Below, in pieces: positions 54,586 through 62,819 of a stretch of 64,000 nucleotides of DNA; positions within the stretch are counted from its first letter, which is position 1; each line of letters starts with the position of its first letter. The stretch spans positions 5,907-69,906 of the forward strand of contig JACPCD010000007.1 of assembly GCA_016179955.1 (NCBI GenBank), read 5' to 3'. The notes below the pieces were generated by a model. It searched no databases and was not told the DNA's origin. It saw nothing but the letters and a program-made list of their open reading frames with translations. Source of the DNA: Candidatus Woesearchaeota archaeon (GTDB lineage: Archaea > Nanobdellota > Nanobdellia > Woesearchaeales > GW2011-AR9). The position numbers and the translations under genes are program-made.

Positions 54586-55110
54586 GGTGTTATTGACAAC
54601 TGCATATAGCTATTATAGAGAGCTATTGACGTTCCGTGTAAGAGCCTCTACCGGTCCGCATCAGAGAAGATTTCCATGATGCTCGCCTTTTCAGGCTGAT
54701 TCACCCCAGCATTATTGGAAAGCTCGACAGTATATATCGGCTGCCAGTGTAATTCCGGGTACGTGAACCTCTAAACCCGGGGGTTATTTATAAAGATTTG
54801 GGTGGAGTTGCAGGGGGATTGAGGATAACGGGAGTTATACGTAATTTTTTATTTGCTGAAAATCTGATCATAGGTGCTTTCGTTTATCGAGGACGAAACG
54901 AGTGACTAATTGAAACTAGACATAACGGATGATAAACGGTTCGCTCCGCTCTCGCAAATTTTTACTTACTTTAAAACTGATGGGGGGAATTCCGTAACGA
55001 TGACTAAACTGAAAACTAACTAAAACGAGAGGGGGCGAGAAAACTAATTATTCTAATAGGAATATATTAATCAATAAAATATTTATATAGGAATACTATT
55101 TACACAGATT

Positions 55111-55590
55111 ATGGAGATAAATGATGCTATTCAAAAAGTAAAGCCAAAAATAGAAGAAAGTAAGCTTACAGCAAAGAAGAAAAAAGAAGATGAGGCTAAA
55201 AAGGAGAGAGAAGAGGAAAAAGAGTTACATCAACAAAATACACGGCAATTAAGAGGGGTAAAAAATAAATGGTTCTCAAAAAGAGAAGAGTTGGTAAAAG
55301 ATACTGAGTTGATGACCGGAATAAAGTTCTTAGAAAGTAATGGTGAGTATTTCCACTTATGCTCTGGAAATCACTGGGCAGTATATTTCTGTAGTGATGG
55401 AAAATTCAAAATGCAAAGATGGGGGATGTATATGGGTAACGAGTTCATCAGACCAATCACTTTAGAAAATATTTATTTTATTGAACAAAAAGACATAGAA
55501 AAAGTAGCTAATCTTGACTTTAAAGAAGAATTAAAAAAACAAATACTTCAACTTGGTACTAAGAAATATGATGATGATGATGAAGATTAA
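55111..55590 (+). CDS. Lysine/glutamate-rich hypothetical protein (first gene of the AT-rich island)
   Basis: 159 aa with a low-complexity N-terminal half and a GC content much lower than the core genome. Confidence 0.3.
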   Translation: MEINDAIQKVKPKIEESKLTAKKKKEDEAKKEREEEKELHQQNTRQLRGVKNKWFSKREELVKDTELMTGIKFLESNGEYFHLCSGNHWAVYFCSDGKFKMQRWGMYMGNEFIRPITLENIYFIEQKDIEKVANLDFKEELKKQILQLGTKKYDDDDED

Positions 55591-55596
55591 CGCACT

Positions 55597-56259
55597 TTAG
55601 AAATGGTTTACTGATACCCACTTACAAAATCCACATTCTTCAGAGGGGGCGGGAATTTCTGTTTCTAAAACTTGAATAGCTTTCTTAAAAATACTTTCAG
55701 CGTTTTTGATATTGACTTTAATTTTGACCAAATCAGTATTAAAACAAACATGACCACTCTCTTCAACTTGATGGGGATGATAAAAAACTAAATAAGTATA
55801 ATCTTCTGTTTCATAACCGTTTTTTCTTAAGAGAAAGTTGTAAATATCCATTTGATCTTGATAATGCTCGTGAGTGTCTTCTTTCAGAGGATAACCTCTT
55901 GTCTTATAATCTAAAACAACTAATTTCTTACCTTTTACAAGAATATTATCAATCGCTCCCCTGAAGAGATTGCCTTTTTTATCCGTCCATTGAATTCCTT
56001 TAAAATTGCTTCTCCAAACCTTGAGCAATTCTTCGTCATCAAAAAGTTTAACCTTTCCGTTTAACTCTTGAAGTTCTGGCGGAAGTTCTCCTTTTCTCAT
56101 AAAAGAATCAAAGTGTTCTTTCAGAATCCTATCCATTCCGCTTGGTAAAGAGGGAAAGATTGAATCTGGTCTTTTAATCCCTTTATTGAAATTAAGCCAG
56201 AAGCATCTAGGACAATCTTTCAATAAACTTAATGATGATGGGCTGAATTTGTAGGTCAT
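55597..56259 (-). CDS. Cas4/RecB-family PD-(D/E)xK nuclease (DUF83-like) with a cysteine cluster
   Basis: N-terminal DCPRCFWLN. GAIDNILV (motif II Asp), VVLDYKT (D-x-K motif III), HYQDQMDIY (QxxxY). C-terminal ECGFCKW plus an additional Cys give 4-5 Cys, consistent with an Fe-S cluster. Confidence 0.55.
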   Translation of the reverse strand: MTYKFSPSSLSLLKDCPRCFWLNFNKGIKRPDSIFPSLPSGMDRILKEHFDSFMRKGELPPELQELNGKVKLFDDEELLKVWRSNFKGIQWTDKKGNLFRGAIDNILVKGKKLVVLDYKTRGYPLKEDTHEHYQDQMDIYNFLLRKNGYETEDYTYLVFYHPHQVEESGHVCFNTDLVKIKVNIKNAESIFKKAIQVLETEIPAPSEECGFCKWVSVNHF

Positions 56260-56261
56260 TT

Positions 56262-58544
56262 TTAACTAAATATAATCTCATTTAATTTTTTTATTTCATC
56301 TTCAGTTAGCTTATTCCTTGCATTTGGATTTAGAATAATGTCTCCTTTCAGGATTATTCTTGGATTTGAATCTACAAATACCAATTCTTGTTTAAAATAT
56401 ATTGCTCCTGAAACTATGTCTGTATTTTTATTTTTGTGGGAAAGACTATCTTCTTTCCTGGTCATATACTCGTTGACAACTTTCCCTGTCTTCTTCTCAA
56501 TTTGCCATGTATAAGCAAGACTCCCTAAGAAAGTGTCTATTAATTGATGTTCATCAATCGTTGAATTACTCCTATCAATTACCACAAAAAACAGGTCTTT
56601 TCTTTTACCACTCTCAATCTCTTGTAACGTTTTATTTGCGAATAATTGCCTATATTTTTTATCAATAGTAGAAAATGCCTTATTTTTTAGAGCAACAGCC
56701 CCATTCGCCAATCTTAATTCTCTATCCATTTTTGGTCTGGTTATTTCAAAGTAAATATCTCTCTCAAATAGATTAACCTTCAAATCCAAATTTTTATCAG
56801 TCCTATTTGGGGGCAATGGTTCTATTGCTTTGATACTTTTATCTTTAAATCTGTTTATAAAAATTAACTCGCTGAAATAATCCCAGAAATAGTTATCGTT
56901 GGCAAAATTTTGTTTAATGCTTTTTGTAAGATGTTCTTTCTGTTTATACTTCTCATTCTTTTTCTGCTCAATGGTTGCTATGTCCTGATTTAGTTCATTC
57001 AGATATGCTTGAGGCCAGAATTTGCTTCTTGCAAAATCAAGTTTTAATGCTCTATCTAACTCGGAATTTTTTTCAGAAATATTAATGTCATCTAAATTAG
57101 GTTGTTCATTTTCTCCTAACCACAAAAGAGGGGTATATTGCTTCTTTTTCTTTGCTTCGCTGATTACATCTTTTGCATATCTATACAGGTCTGGATATTT
57201 CTTGAGATTATCCTCAATTTTGGTAAAATCATAATCTTCTTTTCTATTCCTAAACTGGTTGAGAAGTTCTCCTGCGAAATCTATTAAAAAATCATAATCG
57301 TCCCTAGTGAATGTTGATTTTTGTTTCCGCTCTCGATATTTATCTTTGTTAAAATCAATGAAACCTCTTTCTTTAGTCCTCTTAATTAAATTATCAATAA
57401 GCTTAGTTACAATATCTTTCTTAGTTATGTCTTGGTATACATTACCAATGATTACTTTGTTTAACTCAAAGAAGAGGTATTTCTCCTCTTTATCTGATAA
57501 ATCTAATTTTAATACTTGATCTAGAGCATAAGCTGTATGGTGTTTGGATAGGGTTTTAAATAAATGAGGGAAAATGATGATATATGATTTTGATTTTTTA
57601 GTTTGAATATTTTTATAATTCTCCAAGAAATATTTAGTAAATAGCTTGTTCTTCTTAACAAGTCCTTCTAATACCCAGTCAAAATGCTTTAATTTAAACT
57701 CTAAATCTCTATTTAACCAGTAGATAAATAAGTCTGATATTTGTGTGTATGGTTTTGGAAATTTTCTTAACACTTCTACGATTTTATCTATTACCACCTC
57801 ATCTAAATCTTTTGAATATTCAATAAGCTCTATAATTTGCTTTTGGTTTAGTATGTCCTGAAAAGTTAATCTATCAAAAACTAAGTATGTAATATTCTTT
57901 TCTTTTAGTTTCACTAACTCGAGAATTTTACTGTAAAAATAAGTCTTGTTTTTCTTATAGAATATCAAGCAGATATTAGTAAACTCTTGAAGCACTTTCC
58001 TATCTTGAGAATTAGATACTTTGTCAAGATAGGAGTAAATTCCCTTTGGTAACTTTGAAAAGTCGTATTTTACTTGTATTGCTTTCAATAGGGAATTTGT
58101 TAGGGGGTATTCAATCTTCTTTTTCAAGTGATTTAACAGGGCTTCGTTATTGTTTATTGAGAAGCCGCCCAGCATTAACCCGGAGATTACTTTAAAATCA
58201 TTATCTTTTGATTTAGTAATTATTCTTTCATAAAGAGAAATAGCAAAATCCGGTTTATTTTTTCCAATATCTTCCAATATTCTTAAAAATGGTCCCTGAG
58301 CCATGTCTCTCTTAATCTTTTCATAAATCTTCTCTAATAGTACAATATACTTGTCAGAGCTTTCTGCTAGGTCATAAGCGATTGCAGAAACAAGTTCAGA
58401 ATAACCCCAGAAATCTGATCCTGTGAGAAAATGCTCAATCAGTTTGTATTTTTCTTCATTAGGTAATTTAGACTTATGACTATTGTAAATCTTTATTTGT
58501 TCTTCAAATTTATAGTACTTATCTTTAAGTTCTTCTTTAATCAT
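56262..58544 (-). CDS. Large hypothetical protein (760 aa), no recognisable domain
   Basis: AT-rich codon usage. It overlaps both neighbours by a few nt, consistent with an operon with the MTase/helicase genes. Confidence 0.4.
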   Translation of the reverse strand: MIKEELKDKYYKFEEQIKIYNSHKSKLPNEEKYKLIEHFLTGSDFWGYSELVSAIAYDLAESSDKYIVLLEKIYEKIKRDMAQGPFLRILEDIGKNKPDFAISLYERIITKSKDNDFKVISGLMLGGFSINNNEALLNHLKKKIEYPLTNSLLKAIQVKYDFSKLPKGIYSYLDKVSNSQDRKVLQEFTNICLIFYKKNKTYFYSKILELVKLKEKNITYLVFDRLTFQDILNQKQIIELIEYSKDLDEVVIDKIVEVLRKFPKPYTQISDLFIYWLNRDLEFKLKHFDWVLEGLVKKNKLFTKYFLENYKNIQTKKSKSYIIIFPHLFKTLSKHHTAYALDQVLKLDLSDKEEKYLFFELNKVIIGNVYQDITKKDIVTKLIDNLIKRTKERGFIDFNKDKYRERKQKSTFTRDDYDFLIDFAGELLNQFRNRKEDYDFTKIEDNLKKYPDLYRYAKDVISEAKKKKQYTPLLWLGENEQPNLDDINISEKNSELDRALKLDFARSKFWPQAYLNELNQDIATIEQKKNEKYKQKEHLTKSIKQNFANDNYFWDYFSELIFINRFKDKSIKAIEPLPPNRTDKNLDLKVNLFERDIYFEITRPKMDRELRLANGAVALKNKAFSTIDKKYRQLFANKTLQEIESGKRKDLFFVVIDRSNSTIDEHQLIDTFLGSLAYTWQIEKKTGKVVNEYMTRKEDSLSHKNKNTDIVSGAIYFKQELVFVDSNPRIILKGDIILNPNARNKLTEDEIKKLNEIIFS

Positions 58545-59196
58545 TTTCCCACCTAAAGTAATTTACTATTTTGTATTTATTGAGTTTACGATTTTTTATT
58601 CTGAACAAATTACATCCAGAGCAGAATGGTGATGCTATGGTCTTATAATAATTATTTTTTGATAATTCATGAAGAACAAAGACCATTTGATCAAAAATAA
58701 GCTCAGGAGATGAATATCTCTCAATACATTGATTTAAGACATCTTGCTTTTGTTGGATTTCACCAACATCACCAAAAATTAATACAGCATCATTATAAAC
58801 AGAATAAGAACCTTTGTTAAAATAATTAATTTTGAGACTATTTATATCAATTAAGATGAACTGAATTTCAGAGATATGGATGATCTTTTGTATTTCTTGA
58901 ATTAATTTCCTATTTTTAAAATTGATCTTACAAAACTTTTTAACTTCCTCAAGATATTCAGAATTACCTGCGCCGGTAAAAACATATTTGTTCTCTATTT
59001 GAAATATTTTCTCTGTTTGATTTACCCCTATTGGTCTTTCAGCGATAGATATTGGATAATACTTTTCTCCACCAATATCTATCATATCTTTTATTGAAAT
59101 GTTGTTGTAATCTATAAGAGACCCAGATTCTTGCCTATCTGCACAAACTAACACTGATTTATCTTTCTTAAGATTTATAACAATAATTGCAGTCAT
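58537..59196 (-). CDS. Hypothetical protein (219 aa)
   Basis: No motif recognised. Its start overlaps the MTase gene stop (59193-59196). Confidence 0.35.
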   Translation of the reverse strand: MTAIIVINLKKDKSVLVCADRQESGSLIDYNNISIKDMIDIGGEKYYPISIAERPIGVNQTEKIFQIENKYVFTGAGNSEYLEEVKKFCKINFKNRKLIQEIQKIIHISEIQFILIDINSLKINYFNKGSYSVYNDAVLIFGDVGEIQQKQDVLNQCIERYSSPELIFDQMVFVLHELSKNNYYKTIASPFCSGCNLFRIKNRKLNKYKIVNYFRWEND

Positions 59197-62100
59197 TTTC
59201 CAAACTCCTCAACAATCTTGATCTCTTCCGGCGTCAGCTCGTATAATTTGTACACTAACTGGTCAATCTCTTTCTCCAAACGCTTTACTTTGGCTTGTTT
59301 GTCAGGATTGTCTAAATAATCATCGTCTTTGGTGATGGAGAGGATTTGGTCGACGAGGTGGATGAATGGTTTTTGCTGGTCAGGAGAAATTTCTTTAATT
59401 GGGATTTCTGATAATGGTGCGGAATATAATTCTAATAAATCGCCTTTTCTTTTTCCTTTATAATATAACCAACAAAAATATAATTTTGAATTCAATAGTC
59501 CAGTTATATACTTTAAGTTAACATCTTGAATTTTCTTTGTAATAAAGTAAACATCTCTTGAGGCGTACCAAGGGATATCGCAATATGCAAATTTATTCGT
59601 TTTTGATCTATAAGGGGTTAATATTTTTTCTGCCTCAAAGTTCATATCTAATCTAGGTGTATTTAATACCCACCAATTACCTCTTCTAAAAGCTCCTCTT
59701 AAATTAGCCCCTTTTCTAGACGAAATTTCTGTTTTAAACATAGATAAATACTCATAGATGCCTTTTAAATCAAAGATATTTTCTTTAATTTTCTCATGTA
59801 GATACAGTATGTACTGATTTGTACTTTTCTTAAAATAATATTTATCAATATCTGAATTTTTATAAAATGGTTTTAAATAATCTAATTCCTTTTTTGATTT
59901 AATTATTTCTTTTACTTTGTCACTAGAAATGACGTAAACCTTATCCATGCTACTTTCTAATCCGATTAATGTGTTGCATATACTTCCTAAGGGAACAGCA
60001 TTCTTATCTAATACCATTTTAGAAAATATTTGTTGAACTGGATTGTCAAAATTAACGTTGCCACTAACTCTAATGTATTTTTCATCACCTTCAAATAATT
60101 CTAATTGAGGAATATTATGATACTCTGTTTCCTCATCTTGCTTGAACAAAATAACATTTAGTATATTGGATGTTGCAAGTCCAGTTCTGTTTACTACAGA
60201 TGTAATTCCTAAAACAGATTTATTTTTTGATTTTGTAAGAAGAGTTATCATATTATGTTGACCTGCCGCAGATTCAAATACTTTTAATTCATTAAAATTA
60301 ATTAATTCTCTAATAACTGATCTTTGATATAAGTCAAATCTGAGTTTTTTAGCCCCTAATGCAGTTATAAAATAATTAGTAGTTATCATTGCAATTTGGG
60401 CATTATTTCTTGTCAAATTTAGTGCTAAATGAAAAAAGAAATAAAAATAATCCATTCTTCCAAGATAATACTCTTTTAAATTACCTTTCTGAACCTCAAA
60501 AAATACATCTTTATGTTTTCTTTCCCCAACATACGGCGGATTCCCTATCACCACATCAAACCCCGGATTCTCCCTTTGGAACACTTCTGCAAAATAAAGC
60601 TTCCATAAAAAGAATGGTTTAGATTTATTCTTCTTATATTCCTGCAATTTCTCAATAGCAGCACTATTTCCCTCTTCTTTAAGCGTCTCTTCAACCAATC
60701 CCCATTCTAACTTATCAATCTCTTCTCTTAATTGTTTTTTCAGCTTCCTATTTTGCTCATTGAAGAATTTTCTTTGTAATTCTTTTAACTCTTTTAATTT
60801 ACGCTGAGATTCTTTTATTCTTTTAGAAAGAGAATCATCTAAAGTAGCTTGAGAAGAAATTTTGTCTTTCCTTGCCTCTAATTCAATTTTCCGCCGTTCT
60901 TTTTCTAATTTCTCCAAATCCTTCTCAAAATTTTCTCCCTCGTAATCATCATACAATCTCTTAATTTTCCCACCTATTTCCGACAATTCTTTAGAATAAT
61001 CTCTCTTTACTTCTCCTAATAACTTCTCATCAAACAGCTTCTTGCCCTCAAATTCCTCCAGAAGTGAATTACCGCACATAATCTTATGGTCTAAGTTTGG
61101 CAGCGGTTCAATATTTCTGATACTTTCCTCATCTACTATTAAAGACAGCCAAAACCGCAATTTAGCGATATCAACTGCAGAACTATCAATATCCACACCA
61201 TATAGGCTGTTTTCGATAGCCTCACGCTTTAATTTGTAAGCGCTCCTATTTTTCTGCTCTTCCGGCTTAAAGAATATAGATAAAATCGACCTGGCTTTAA
61301 CAATTTCCGTCATCATTCCTACTGGAAAAGCTCCAGAGCCTACCGCAGGATCAACAACTTTAATCTCTTTTAGCAATTTATCAATCAATTCTTTATTTGC
61401 TATAATTGATTTAGGGAGATTTAACTTTTCTAATTCTCTATTTATTTCTTCTTCGAATACTTTAATAGAAATTATTCCTTTCTTTAATTTTTCTTGTTTC
61501 TTATCTATCTCTTGTAAAACACGAATAGAATTAGCTAGTGTCAAATCCCCTAATTGAATAAATTTTTCAATATCTTCTCTAACTATTTGGGTATTTGTCT
61601 CTAAATAATTAATCAGAGATTGCTGACACATATAATGGACAATCTCACGAGGAGTGTAAAAAGCTCCTTTAGACTTCCTGTCAATAACATCTAGTAGATT
61701 TTCAAATACTTTACCCAACATTTCAGGATCTACTGCTACCTCTTTTTCTAATGGCTCATCTTCTTTAACGGTAAAATTATAGGTATCAAATGTTTTGAAA
61801 ATATCCCTAAAGACATCATCGTCCAAATTTATTTTAGTGTCAATCCAATTATAATCATTTATTGGTTCGAATAAACCACCATTAAGAAATGGGATTTTAC
61901 ATTTAAACAAAGTGTGATAACCATCATCTCCTTCTCGGGGATTATTCAAAGCATCATAAAACAATGGTTCCAGAATATCATTAAAGAAATTCTTGTAAGT
62001 TATTATGTCTTTATCAAATAATTTCTTCATGAAATCTTTTGGACCAGTTCCCCATTCTTTGTTTATCTTCACACCAAGCCAACCTTTTTTCTGTAAGAAA

Positions 62101-62819
62101 TATAAGAATACTATCTGTCCTAATAATTTCTTAGAAAACTCGGTTGCAGAAATACTTTTCTCTTCAAATTCTTTCTGAACGTACTTATCATCACTAATCA
62201 CTTTCAGCAAAGAATCATTTAATTTTAAGAATAATTCTTTATACCGTTCAAAGAATTCTTTGGTAACTTTTTCAATACTAAACACACTTTCTAATTCTTG
62301 TAAAGTAGGGTTTCTATTTTCTTCTTCTACTAAGGCCAAAAACTGTTTTCTACAGGTATGATTCGGCTCATTTACCCCAACTAAGAACGAATATCTTTTT
62401 GCTGGGGTTAATTCTGGAATAACCTTGCCATTATCCGCTAAATTATACTCCATTTTAACGAAAGATAAACGCCAATCTTCCGGCTCATCACCGTAAAACG
62501 CCACTAAAGCCGCATCTTTGTGGTAATTACCGAGATACTTGGCAATAAAATTTCTTTGCATGGTTCTAGCTCTGTCCACAGAATCAGTTCTTTTCAGCTT
62601 AACGGTAAGAATATCCATCACTTTCTTATTAGAGTCAATATAACTGCCATAATTATGATAGGATTCAATATAATCTTTATATTCCCCCCACACTTCAGAA
62701 GTCTTTTCTTTAACTTCAAAACCGTTTAATAATTCTCGAACAAAGCGGAGAAAACGCCCTACTTCAAACTCTTGTCCAAAAGTTTCATTAAGTAAGTTAA
62801 CGGTTTGCTGTCTTTCCAT
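59193..62819 (-). CDS. Gamma-class N6-adenine DNA methyltransferase with a ~480-aa N-terminal region and a C-terminal TRD-like region (Type ISP/IIG- or PglX-like)
   Basis: 1208 aa. Motif I VVDPAVGSGAFPVGMM (Eco57I-like DPAxGSGxF) lies upstream of motif IV VIGNPPYVGERKHKD (NPPY), the gamma arrangement. A ~350-aa tail follows the catalytic domain. Confidence 0.75.
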   Translation of the reverse strand: MERQQTVNLLNETFGQEFEVGRFLRFVRELLNGFEVKEKTSEVWGEYKDYIESYHNYGSYIDSNKKVMDILTVKLKRTDSVDRARTMQRNFIAKYLGNYHKDAALVAFYGDEPEDWRLSFVKMEYNLADNGKVIPELTPAKRYSFLVGVNEPNHTCRKQFLALVEEENRNPTLQELESVFSIEKVTKEFFERYKELFLKLNDSLLKVISDDKYVQKEFEEKSISATEFSKKLLGQIVFLYFLQKKGWLGVKINKEWGTGPKDFMKKLFDKDIITYKNFFNDILEPLFYDALNNPREGDDGYHTLFKCKIPFLNGGLFEPINDYNWIDTKINLDDDVFRDIFKTFDTYNFTVKEDEPLEKEVAVDPEMLGKVFENLLDVIDRKSKGAFYTPREIVHYMCQQSLINYLETNTQIVREDIEKFIQLGDLTLANSIRVLQEIDKKQEKLKKGIISIKVFEEEINRELEKLNLPKSIIANKELIDKLLKEIKVVDPAVGSGAFPVGMMTEIVKARSILSIFFKPEEQKNRSAYKLKREAIENSLYGVDIDSSAVDIAKLRFWLSLIVDEESIRNIEPLPNLDHKIMCGNSLLEEFEGKKLFDEKLLGEVKRDYSKELSEIGGKIKRLYDDYEGENFEKDLEKLEKERRKIELEARKDKISSQATLDDSLSKRIKESQRKLKELKELQRKFFNEQNRKLKKQLREEIDKLEWGLVEETLKEEGNSAAIEKLQEYKKNKSKPFFLWKLYFAEVFQRENPGFDVVIGNPPYVGERKHKDVFFEVQKGNLKEYYLGRMDYFYFFFHLALNLTRNNAQIAMITTNYFITALGAKKLRFDLYQRSVIRELINFNELKVFESAAGQHNMITLLTKSKNKSVLGITSVVNRTGLATSNILNVILFKQDEETEYHNIPQLELFEGDEKYIRVSGNVNFDNPVQQIFSKMVLDKNAVPLGSICNTLIGLESSMDKVYVISSDKVKEIIKSKKELDYLKPFYKNSDIDKYYFKKSTNQYILYLHEKIKENIFDLKGIYEYLSMFKTEISSRKGANLRGAFRRGNWWVLNTPRLDMNFEAEKILTPYRSKTNKFAYCDIPWYASRDVYFITKKIQDVNLKYITGLLNSKLYFCWLYYKGKRKGDLLELYSAPLSEIPIKEISPDQQKPFIHLVDQILSITKDDDYLDNPDKQAKVKRLEKEIDQLVYKLYELTPEEIKIVEEFGK

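Noticed and set aside
54884-54930. Hammerhead-ribozyme-like string CUGAUCA...CGAGGACGAAACGAG
   Set aside because: The core is CUGAUCA, not CUGAUGA. The sequence between the boxes does not form stem II and no stem I or III partners are evident. This looks like a chance resemblance.
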